A stretch of 64,000 nt of DNA from Salpingoeca rosetta (lineage: Eukaryota; Protista; Choanoflagellata): assembly GCA_033442325.1 (NCBI GenBank), contig JAWQFM010000001.1, positions 3,118,881-3,182,880 on the forward strand, in the 5' to 3' direction. A program made the translations under genes and the position numbers. Shown here in pieces: positions 35,251-46,305 of this stretch (position 1 is the stretch's first letter; each line of letters starts with the position of its first letter). Below the pieces are notes generated by a model. That model was not told the origin of the DNA, searched no databases, and saw only the letters and a list, made by a program, of their open reading frames with translations.

Positions 35251-36179
35251 TTAGATGATGTTGCTGCCGCCATTGTCAGAGCCGGCAAACTTGGGGTCGA
35301 GCACGTCATCGCCCGCCATCATGTCAGCCAGGGTCTCGCCAGAGGAAGATGGCGCCGACGACGACTGGGATGTGGCGGCGGTGGCGGCGGTGACGGCAGC
35401 CCGGCCAATGGCACTGCCAATGCTGGCAATGTCAACGTCGCCAACAACGGGCGGGAGAAGCGTGTCCGAGAGCGACTTGTCGCCTGTGCTCTCCGGCTTT
35501 GGTGGCGGGGGGCGGATGTGCAGGTTAACTTCCTCCCTGAACTCCTCCGGTGTCAGCGCCGCGATAACGCTCTCATGCAGCGGCTGGTCGCACGTGAAGT
35601 TGTCAAAGTACTCGTGCGGCTCAAACACGCGGAAGTTGTGCAGCTGGGCCGCAATGTTCTCCAGCTCATCCAGCACAGGATGGTCCGCGTCCACGTTGCC
35701 GGACTTGTCATCCTCCTTGCGAGTTGTCGTTGTTGTTGTCGTCGTTGTTGTCGTTGTTGTGGTTGTGTGGTCCTTCGTCACGAGAGAGGAGAGCGCCTCG
35801 CCCACGGCCTTGGCGGGTGAAGACGACGACGACGACTTGGAGGAAAAGAAGCCTGGGTGGTCGTGCTCCCACTCCTCCGGCGTCACCGAGTGCACAATAA
35901 ACGGCTCCACCTGGTCTTGGCCAAAGTCGTCGTTGTAGTAGTGCGGCTCAATGGCGTGCGACGTGTGCATGTCTGCCAGGAAGCTCTCAAACGCCTCCTC
36001 CACACGCTCCAGCACGCTTTCGTGCAGCTCGTCATCATTGTCGTTGCTGCCGCTGTTGCCACCGCTGCCCTTCTTCACTCCTTCGCCATCGCCCTTGCTC
36101 GCCACTTCAGACTGCTGTGGGTCTGAGGGTGGGGCGGTGCCGAAGAAGACGGGCGCAGCGGCGCGGTTCGGGCCCTCGG

Positions 36180-36258
<79 letters not shown>

Positions 36259-37419
36259 GGAGCTGGCGTTGGCTTCGTTTGGGTAGATGATGGTGGACGG
36301 CGCGACAATAAACGGCACCGTGTCGTCAAACTGGAAGCGCGCGCCTTCATCAAAGGAGCCTTGCTTGGAGCCGTCCTGCGAGAGTGCAGGAGTGGCCGGC
36401 GTGGCGGCGGTTGGCGATGCGGTCACCTCGTCCACCGACGCCTGACGCGACGCCGACGGCGATGACGAGGACGATGATGGCCACCACCACCACGACACGC
36501 CACCGGTAGTCTTCTGCGTCTCTGTTGTCGATGATGACGATGGCACAATGGGCTTCGAGGTGGACGACGTGAAGGCGTATGTCTTGGAGCGCGGGCGCGT
36601 CTTCTTCTTCTCGCTGCTGTCGCCGGCATCATTCTCGCTACCGATAATCTCGCTGATGGTGCTGACGGTGGAGGTTGTGCTGGCGTCGCTCTCGCTGCGC
36701 TGGCGCCCCTGCTTGTGCGCGAGCTTCTCCGTCTCGTTCAGCATGCGCAGCGTCTCCGACAGCACCGTGTTGTGATGCTGCTCGTGGTGGGGTTGATCGC
36801 CGCCCGCCTGCTGCTTGATTGCGCCGGTGGACGCTGCCTTGGCGTCGCTGCGCGCGTCGGACATGCCGAGGATGCGATCAAGGTCCATGTCATCCACGAG
36901 CTCGCTTACGTCGCCAGTCTCGATGGGCTCCAGCTCCTGCAGCTGGTGCCCGAGGGACGACTTGATGCGGCTGAGAAAGTCTTCGCGCTCCTCCGGCGTC
37001 CATGTGCGCAGGTGCTCCTTGTGCGGCTCGGACAGGGGCTCGTTGTTGATGATGCGCCGCTCAATCTCTTCCAGGTCCACCTCTGCCGGCTCCTCCTCCT
37101 CGGGTTGGTCCAGGCTGAAGTTGTCCTCGAAGCTGTGTGGCGCCATGGCGTGTGCGTGCAGCACGTGGCGCAGGGCGGCTGTCACCAGCGACGAACGCCG
37201 CTTGGGTGGCTCCCCGCCAGGCTGCGAGGGGTTGCCGGCCGGTGCTGGCGGTGGCTGTTGCACTTGCGCCTGCCCACCCTCCATCTTGGCGGTGATCTTG
37301 CGGCCCTGTTGCTGCTGTTGTTGTTGTCGGTGGTGGTGGTGGTGGTGACGGCGATGGGGCTCCGTGTGGGCAGTTGGGTGGAACGCTTCGTTGATGGCAA
37401 CCGCTTCCAGTGCCTCCAT
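35251..37419 (-). CDS. Hypothetical acidic, low-complexity protein (about 722 aa) with three copies of a PHx(Y/F)xD(N/D)FxxDQ motif
   Basis: Long ORF with coding-like composition. The likely ATG is at 37419, since the ORF extension upstream is CA microsatellite. Confidence 0.75.
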
Positions 37420-37719
37420 TCCACAACAATGCAGTGCTTGTCCCCTGCGCCATGCAATGGTGTGTGTGTGTGTGTGTGTGCGTATGCAAGTGTGTGTGTG
37501 TGTGTGTGTGCGCAAGTGTGTGTGTGTGTGTGTGCAATGATGTGTGTGTGTGCGCAAGTGTGTGTGTGTGTGTGTGTGCGAGGGAGGGAGGGAGGGAGGA
37601 AGAAAAGGGGGCACTGTGCGTGAGATTTGAAGCCAATGGGCAAACGGTGGTCAAGGTAGGTGGTGGTGATGATGCCGCCGGCATTTGTGCAAAGCTGTTG
37701 TTGAGGTGGATGGGCGCTG

Positions 37720-37819
37720 NNNNNNNNNNNNNNNNNNNNNNNNNNNNNNNNNNNNNNNNNNNNNNNNNNNNNNNNNNNNNNNNNNNNNNNNNNNNNNNNN
37801 NNNNNNNNNNNNNNNNNNN
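37720..37819. other. Assembly gap (100 N)
   Basis: Run of N. Confidence 1.
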
Positions 37820-37856
37820 AAGATGGCAAGCGACACAAGCTATTTGGGGGGCCATT

Positions 37857-37909
<53 letters not shown>

Positions 37910-39427
37910 GCACACACACAAGCACACACACAAGCACACACACAAACACACACACACACAAGCACACACAAGCACACACAAGCACACACAAACATACACG
38001 CCATCAACAAGCTCCGATCGCGGCATACCTTGGTCAACGCCGTGGGAACGTTCGACTGCTGGGCTTCACTGGGGTAGATGCAGAGCTTTCTGTATTCGTT
38101 TCGTTCCTTGCTTGCTTGCTTGCTTGCTTGTATCGTCTGGCTCAGTCTCGGGTGCGTGCGTGTGCTTCGTCTGGCTGTGATATCTGGCAAGCGATAAATG
38201 ATCTCCGTGCCTGGGAACAGCCTGGCAAGACCAGCAATGCAGGTGTGATGGTGGCGGTTGCGTGAGCTGCTGGCGTGTCTTGTGCTTGTGTTCTATTGTT
38301 GTTGTTGTTTCGTGGGTGCGTGTGCTCATTGATGGCGTCTTTGCCATTGATGATGAAGCAGGTGAGAGAGAGTGTGTGTGTAGGTTGTGTTGGAACCTTC
38401 TGGGTGGGTGACAGGGTGCAATAATGGAACGACAAACAAACATAGAACCGTGATCACTTGCGTGGATGTGAACAAGGCTGCCGCTCACCATGGTGCGCCA
38501 CTGGCAGGTGGAAGCTTGAAAGACCTTGCTCATGTTGATGTTTGATTGCTTGATTGATTTGACCTCGTTTCAGAAAAACAAAACACAACCCACACACTGT
38601 GTTTGGATTGCTTATGCACCAGCATCAGTCAGAGCGCTCGTGCGTGCGTGTGTGTGTGTGTGTGTGTGCAGTGTGGCATGAGGTCTGTCTGTAAACACAA
38701 ACACAAACAACAAACACAAACACAAACACAAACACAAACGAAAGCCTGATGGCTACAGCAGCAATCATAGACCATCCATCCATTGGCCAATCAAATCCTT
38801 GGCGGCACACCCACAGTCAACTGAGTCAGCGAAAAATGACATGAGTCAGGTACAACGTATTGGGACGTGTCCGCGTTTAGCTGTCCTCACGACAAATCAC
38901 AATATCTTCCACAGCACCACGTGTCCAAAAATTCCAGGAGATATACGACCACGAAGCTGGCGTTTCGCCACAAGAAGCGCACAAGCTGTGTTGCCTGGCG
39001 TTTCGCTTTGGCCAAGCAAGAAAGGTTAAATGGACAGAGCGAGGAAAAAGATGGCTGTCGAGGGTTGTGCGTGGCGCAGTGTCTTGTGGAGGCGGTGTGA
39101 GGTCTTTGCTGCACCTCGTGCGTGGGCCTTATTGTTACCATTGCTTCTTCTTTTTCGCCTTGTCGTTGTGTTGGGTTGTGGCCTTCATCCTTCGGCTTGC
39201 TTTTGTCTCTCACTCTCACACACACACTCTCACACACTCACACACAAAACCGTTTGCCACTTGCCATTTTTTCCCTTTTTGCTTTCCACAGCTTCCCTCT
39301 CTCGTCTCGTTTTGCCGCCCCCCCTCATCTCTCCCTCCTTGCGTACATCTCTCACAGCACGCACACACGCACACACGCACACACGCACACACGCTGATTC
39401 GCTTGTCCTGACGTTTTGATCTCAAAC

Positions 39428-41698
39428 ATGAGCAGCGCGACCACACCAGAGGCTTGCCAGCATGTGGCCACCCTCAACCCCCAGCAACTTCAGGACTGGC
39501 TCCAGCAGCAGGGCATGGACGAGCAAGCCAAGCACCTCAAGTCCCTGTCCGGCGCTATCATTGTGAACAAGGTCACAAGCAACCCAGCCTGGCTCGTCAA
39601 AACTCAGGGTATGCCCGTCCCCGTCGCTGAGAGCTTCGTTGCCGCCCTCGGCCTGGACACGGCCCCACTCAACAAGCTGTCCAAGAAGGCCGCCTCATCC
39701 TCCTCCTCCTCCTCCTCCTCCAAAAAGTCAAGCCGCAGCAGCATGCTCTCCCTCAGCTCCGTCGCGTCCGCCGTCCGCCAGTCCGTCACAGGACAAGACA
39801 GCGATTCCGGCGGGTCAAGTGAGGACGACGACGACGACGACGACGAAGATGCCTCAAGCTCCGACGGCAGCAGCTCGGGCTCGGACAGCGAAGGAAAGAA
39901 GAAGACGAAAAGCAAGAAGAAGAAGGAGAGCGCAACCTCCGCCGCACTGAAGAGCGGGTTGAAGAAGTCCGTCCCCTTCTCCAAGTACGGCATCGCCGTC
40001 TACGAGGACATTACCGAGCGCATCGACCGCGTCCGCGACTCCATCAAGAAGAGCCTCAACAAGTTCACCAAGGACTTCCTGATCCTCTACCGATCCGCCC
40101 TCGTCAACGAGCTCCTGCGCCAGAGCGCGGCCGATAACGCAGCGCTGGAGGGCGCACCCACGGACAAGGTCCAGCGCCAGCTCGAGCAGGTGCCCGCCAG
40201 CGCCCTCTCAAAACGCCCGCTGCACATGGAGACCCTGGTGAAACGCGGCAACGTGCGCCACTCCTGGAAAGAGCGCCTCTTCGTGGTGCGGCCCGACCAC
40301 GTCATCGCCTACTACGCCAGCGCAGACAACTACGCCGCCGGCGCCAAACCAAAGGGAACCATCAACCTCTGCGGTTACGACATCGTGCGGGACCCAAACA
40401 AGCGCAAGATCGAAGTACGGGAGCAGCACGCCCGCCTCTTCGGTGGTGATCCCCCGGACGACTACACCAAGTACGAGCCGCTCACCATCGAGTGCTATCA
40501 CCGCGTCAAGCGCCGCTGGCTCATCAAGTGCAAGGACGAGGAGCAGTTTGAGCGCTGGCTCGACATCCTCACCACCTGCAGCCGCTTCGTGTCCACACGG
40601 TCCCTGCGTGACCCCGTGGAGTGTGCCGCCTTCGACAACGCCTCGCGCAACTTGGCCAACCGCTTGAACGAGTTCCGCATTTACGGCAGTGAGATCGACA
40701 TCCTGACAGACACCCTCGCCAACTACTACTGGCGCACCAAGATCGGCGACGGGCTCTTCTCCAAGCTCCCCGGTGGTCCGGGCATTAAGGCAAAGGCCGC
40801 AGCAAGGGGCTTCAACAGCGTGTACGCGCTCACCAAGAGCGTGGTCACCTCAACCTGGCGCTCCAACATCTCCTCCATCGACCACGCCAACAAGAACCTC
40901 AAGTCCACCTTCCACACGGAGCTGGGCACCGCCCGCAGCGTGAAGAAGGAGCTCGTGGCGAAGGCGTCCAAGATCACTGAGCCAAAGGTCGGCGAGATGC
41001 GCACCACTGTCATCGTGCCGCTGGCCAACGCTGTCGCCGCCTATCTCCTGCCAAAGACGCAGGGGGCCCTGCGCTCCAGCGAGGTCATCCTGGACACAGA
41101 GACAGCCGCGTATTGCAAGCAGATCGCCGGTGGTGCCGACGCGTCGGCCTGCACCCTCGTCAACGTGACCCGCGACCTGAACAAGACGGCGCCCCTCATG
41201 CGCGCCTTCAAGGACATGGAGGCGGGGCTCTCCGATACAGGCATGGCCAGCCAGGTTCCTGCAGACACGCGCGAGGTTGCCGGCAACGTGCTCGAGGTCA
41301 TCCGAGCCCTGCAACTCTCGGACATGGTGCTGAACATGCGCGAGAAGACGCTCGCCAACCTCGCCAACGCAGCGTACACCTTCGAGACGCGGTTTAAGCA
41401 GGCTGGCCAGGCGCAGGAGTTGCACTCCTCCCTGCTAGCTCAGGTCAAGCAGGAGTACATGCATGATGCGCAATTGGACGCCGAGGACGTTGTGGCGGCG
41501 TTCATCGTCGAGTTGCTCAGCGCCTTGCTTGTGCAGCGTCTCAACACACAGTGTAAGGACGACGTCGTTGTCCTGAGCGACATTGTTCCAGAGAACCTTC
41601 GCGAGTACCTAAACCCCGTCACTGTGTTTGAGGAAGGCATCCACGAGGAGTTCAAGACGGCTGCGGCGTCTGCCGTCGCCGCCGCTCGCGCCCACTGA
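39428..41698 (+). CDS. Niban/FAM129-like PH-domain protein, intronless
   Basis: The PH domain (LVKRGNVRHSWKERLFVV...PKGTINLCGY...W) has the Niban-type insert. It is followed by AFDNASR...GSEIDILTDTL and a helical C-terminal region. Confidence 0.75.
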   Translation: MSSATTPEACQHVATLNPQQLQDWLQQQGMDEQAKHLKSLSGAIIVNKVTSNPAWLVKTQGMPVPVAESFVAALGLDTAPLNKLSKKAASSSSSSSSSKKSSRSSMLSLSSVASAVRQSVTGQDSDSGGSSEDDDDDDDEDASSSDGSSSGSDSEGKKKTKSKKKKESATSAALKSGLKKSVPFSKYGIAVYEDITERIDRVRDSIKKSLNKFTKDFLILYRSALVNELLRQSAADNAALEGAPTDKVQRQLEQVPASALSKRPLHMETLVKRGNVRHSWKERLFVVRPDHVIAYYASADNYAAGAKPKGTINLCGYDIVRDPNKRKIEVREQHARLFGGDPPDDYTKYEPLTIECYHRVKRRWLIKCKDEEQFERWLDILTTCSRFVSTRSLRDPVECAAFDNASRNLANRLNEFRIYGSEIDILTDTLANYYWRTKIGDGLFSKLPGGPGIKAKAAARGFNSVYALTKSVVTSTWRSNISSIDHANKNLKSTFHTELGTARSVKKELVAKASKITEPKVGEMRTTVIVPLANAVAAYLLPKTQGALRSSEVILDTETAAYCKQIAGGADASACTLVNVTRDLNKTAPLMRAFKDMEAGLSDTGMASQVPADTREVAGNVLEVIRALQLSDMVLNMREKTLANLANAAYTFETRFKQAGQAQELHSSLLAQVKQEYMHDAQLDAEDVVAAFIVELLSALLVQRLNTQCKDDVVVLSDIVPENLREYLNPVTVFEEGIHEEFKTAAASAVAAARAH

Positions 41699-42055
41699 AT
41701 CACTGAGGCTGAGTTGCCTGCGCTCTGTGGTTGTCCTGTGCTTGTGTTGCACCGTTCTGCTCCTTTTCGTCCCTACATCGGGTGTTTGTTTTGCTTCCAG
41801 TTAGGGTGTTTGATTTGATGGGAGCATGTTGCTTGCCTAAGTGGTGTTTCTGCCTTCCTAAAGATTCTGTGACACTGTGGGTTCGTTTACATGGATGGGT
41901 GGGTGGATGGGTGGTGCCCACGAAATACGAAACAAAAAAAAAAGTGCAAACCAATGTGCTTGAAAGATATCGAACAGCAAACAAGAGTGCAAGCGATAAA
42001 ACAGGCGACATCCGCACACACACACACACACAACAGATCAACCGCACTGAGAACC

Positions 42056-42107
<52 letters not shown>

Positions 42108-42142
42108 AACACACACACACACGCAAACACACAAGGAGGGCC

Positions 42143-45100
42143 TCATTCATCTGGCAGCAGCAGCAGCGCAAACGGGTTTCCTTTGGCATGACCAGCGTCA
42201 CTGGCGGCGTTCTTCGCTCGAGGGCTGTGTTTTCCACCACCTCCCTGCAGGCCTCCCTGCAGTGTTGGCGTTGCCGTTGCTGCCACTGCTTCAGCACCAT
42301 CGCCAAGGCCACGTCCCTCCTCTTGCCTTTCCTCTTGCTGGCGCTGCTGCTTGCGGCGCTTGTCCGTGGCCTGCAGAAGTTCTTGGCACAAGTGCAGCCA
42401 TGCCTCATCATGGCAGGGAAAGGCATCTGGGAAATGGCACAGCGTGCGCAGCGCATACCCGTCAACCACCTTGTGCGTCACCCACACCACGTCCAGGTCA
42501 TGGCCAGGATGCACACTGCTGCGGTTGCTGCTGTCATGGTTGCTGTTGTTGTTGTTGTTGTTGTTCGTGCTGGTGTTGGTGATGCTGTCTGTGGTGCCAT
42601 TGCCGGTGGGGGTGATGGTGGTGTTGATGGTGGTGTTGGTGGTGCTGCTGTCAGTTGGCGGTGTTGATGGCGTTGTCTCTCCTGTCACCAACACATTNNN
42701 NNNNNNNNNNNNNNNNNNNNNNNNNNNNNNNNNNNNNNNNNNNNNNNNNNNNNNNNNNNNNNNNNNNNNNNNNNNNNNNNNNNNNNNNNNNNNNNNNNNN
42801 NNNNNNNNNNNNNNNNNNNNNNNNNNNNNNNNNNNNNNNNNNNNNNNNNNNNNNNNNNNNNNNNNNNNNNNNNNNNNNNNNNNNNNNNNNNNNNNNNNNN
42901 NNNNNNNNNNNNNNNNNNNNNNNNNNNNNNNNNNNNNNNNNNNNNNNNNNNNNNNNNNNNNNNNNNNNNNNNNNNNNNNNNNNNNNNNNNNNNNNNNNNN
43001 NNNNNNNNNNNNNNNNNNNNNNNNCAACACGATCAGGGACTGCCCCTGCCCGTCGTTGGATGGCGTCGGATATGAAGCGGACCAGCGCCCGGTGCTGCAG
43101 CGAGCACAGCCGTCGGTTGACCTGTGCGCCCGCGCGGTGGTCGACAACAACGGGCGCGTGCATGTTCACGTGCACATGCAGACGATGCGGCGCCCGTGAT
43201 CGCCCGCCGCTGCTGCCGCCGCCGAGCGTGGTGCGGTGGCTGGCCAGACCCAGCGCAAACACATTCCACTCGCGTCGCCTGCAGTACACATACGCTGTCA
43301 GGTACATGCCCAATCGCGTGCTGGTGATGGCAGCAGCATCCACGCCATCCAGCACGCGCAGGGCCGCCTGAAGTGAAAGCACCGTGTCCGGCAACGTCTG
43401 CAACGTCTGTTGCTGCGTTGGGTGTGTTAGCTCGCTGTTCAGCAGCACGCCGGCAAGGCAGTTGTTGATGTTGCATCCTGCATACTGCATGCAGCTGTGA
43501 TGAAAGTTCGTGCGGTTGAGCGTTGTGGAGACGCCTCGAATGCTCTCGCGCACAAGAACAACAGACGCCACAGCACCCACTTGTTCTGCCGCGCTCCCCT
43601 CGTTCATCTCGCGTTGCGTTTCTTCCTCCCCTGCTTGTCTGTCGATTGTCGTCACGTGTTCCTCACTTGCGCCTTCCATCATTGTCTCGCCCACTGCTGC
43701 CTGCGCTTCCACATCGACATCCACCTCCCCACCCTCTGCCGTGCGCTCCTGCTGTTGCTCTTCACACACGTCATCTTCTACACCTCTTGCTGCCGTTGCT
43801 GCTGGTGATGCCTCATTCACCATCGTGTCAGCCATCACCTCCGCACTTGTTTCGACAGCACCCTCCTCGGCTGCACTCTCACCGTCCCTTTCAACAGCAC
43901 CAACACCCTCAACACCTTCACCACCGTTGCCACCAGCATCTCCACCGCCATTGCTATCAGCACCACGACCTCTATCGACAGCACCACGACCTCCATCACC
44001 ACCATCACCATCGCCACCGCCCTCCCTATCGCCACCGACCTCTGCTGTTGCGGTCGGTGGTGGTCGTCGTCGTGCTTGCTCCTCTTGCTCAGCAAAGCAG
44101 GCTGCAACCAGCTGCGCGGCCTGAAGGACCGAAGGGCGCTTGAGTGCACGCTGGTGCGTGCGGGCCGTGGTGTAGTCGTTGCCGGCAAGGCTGGCGACAA
44201 CACACAGCTGCGGCCACGACGACAACCCAAGCCGCTGCAGCAGCGCCTCCCGACGAAACAGCTTGCACTCGATGCGCTCCTGTGAGTAATCGAAGCGCAC
44301 GTGCGGCAGTGGCAAGTACCGGCACTTGTACATGAAAAAGTCAGAGTCGTTTGCCATCACGTAGCCGTACGCTTTCTGCCGTGCCACGGCCGCCACAAGC
44401 GCGTCTCCCTCGTGCGTCGCCATGATGACAGCCACCTTGGAGCCAAACCGATCCAGCAAGATGGACGTGAAGAAGTGCCACAAGCCAGGCGGCAGAATAC
44501 AGGGGCCATCGGCCCCACGCTGGGAGTGGCCGTGATTGGATGGCCTTGCCCCTTGCCCTGCTGTGGCATGCTTCCGTGCTGCCCGCTTTCCCTGCTTTCT
44601 GTGCTGGTGGCGCCGGTGCTGGTGCTGGTGTTTCTGCTGTTTGTGGCGCGGAGCGCGGTGGCTCTGTCGTTGTTGTTGTTGGTGGTGGTGGTGCCGCGTG
44701 CCTTCGTCTTCGCGTGCGAGGCTGGAGCACATGGCACGTGCATGTTTTGCCAGCTGCAGCTGCCGGTCTTGCAGGGTGTCCTGCTTTGTGAGCGGCGCAG
44801 GCCCGTCCAACACAACAGTGACCGAGTCAAAGCACTTTGTGAGCAGGTCCATGCACTGCAGCACAGCGTATTTGAGGCCATCCCACTGGGCGTGCGGGTG
44901 CTCTGCCATGCTGGTGGCCTCTTGCACCAGCCGATACAGCAAGCCACCGCCATCCACAACCACACTGTTGCTGTTGCTGTTGCTGTTGCTGGTGTTGGTG
45001 TTGCTGTTGGTGGTGGTGGTGTTACTGCTGGTGGCGCTGGTGGCGGTTTCATCCTTTCCCACCTGCTTGCTCACCTCCTCTTGTGCTTGCTTGCCATCAC

Positions 45101-45233
45101 ATTCCGCAACCCTGCTACTGCTGTTGCTGCTGTTGTGGAAGACCACATCCTCGTACGCCTTCACCACCTCCACACCACCACCACAACCATCGTCCTCCTC
45201 TTCCACCACAGCGCGCAGTCCACGGATCCCCAT
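42143..45233 (-). CDS. Asteroid/FAM120-like PIN (XPG-like) domain protein, spans an assembly gap
   Basis: MGIRGL start, then VVVDG, VVLDG, EGD, ANDSDFF and ASLAGNDY acidic motifs of the FEN1/XPG-like PIN fold. The 3' part beyond the gap is inferred from ORF 42143..43150. Confidence 0.8.
42698..43024. other. Assembly gap
   Basis: Run of N. Confidence 1.
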
Positions 45234-45763
45234 AATTTCGTGCTGTCGTCGTCTTCCTCTTCGCTTGCTGCTTCTTGCGCAATGTGCTGCGTTTGAAACG
45301 CCTCGAACGCCTGCGATGACGTGGGTGTGAGCGAATGATCCAATCGGGGGCGTTTAAGCCTTGCTCGCTTCTTTTGCTTCTTGGGCTCTCTTTGTGACAC
45401 GTCTGGTTTCTTGGAAAGCATCCTACATCGCCTCGTGATTGCATTCAACGAAGCAGCATGGTGCGCGTGTGTGTGTGTGTTTCTCCCTCTCAGAGCTTAC
45501 ATTAACGCGCATGAAGAAGCGATGAGCGAAGCGAGGAAGTGGTGCTTTCGTGGCATCTCGTCATTTTCTCCTTGCTCTAACCACTTAGGCCGCTGTTAAC
45601 GCTGGTGTTGCACGCCACCGTGTCCCCTCTCTTCCTTATCTTCCCTCGCTTCCCTTTCCTGCTAACTATTGCTCTTCCTCTTCCTGTATCACCACCATCG
45701 TCACTTGCCGTCGTCGTTCGTCATCGCTCGCCCTGACGACGAAGCGTGCAGTGCAGCAGCAGG

Positions 45764-46242
45764 ATGGTGGTGAAGCGGTCTTGCAGACGCAGCCGGGTGC
45801 TTGAGGTGGTTGTTGTGCTGCTGGCAGCGATGGCGGTGGATCTGCAACAGCAAAGACCCTTGGTTGTAACTGGTGCGAGCACCAAAGAGAACAGTAACGG
45901 GGCGAAGCGCGTCGCTGAACCCCCGACCACCACCACCACCGGCAGTCACCCCATCGGCTACATTCTTGTTGAAGTGCGGCATCCCGTGCTTGTTGAGGAA
46001 CTGGCGGTGATTCAGGCAGCAGCATCATACGCGGTGGATGATTTGCCAGATGCACCCGCATCAACACTGCAGGTGCAAGTGATCGACGCCACAACCATCG
46101 CTACCGAGCGTAGCGATGATGATGGGGATGGTGGTGGTGGTGGTGATGGTGGTGGTGGTGGCAGCGGCGGCGATGGTGATGATGATCGCAGCAGCACCCT
46201 CTGCATCACCACCAACATGACAGCCCTCAATATCACCCAGAC

Positions 46243-46305
<63 letters not shown>

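Noticed and set aside
38957-39006. Twice-repeated CTGGCGTTTCGC upstream of the Niban-like gene
   Set aside because: It could be a promoter element, but two 12-mers give too little support to call a site.
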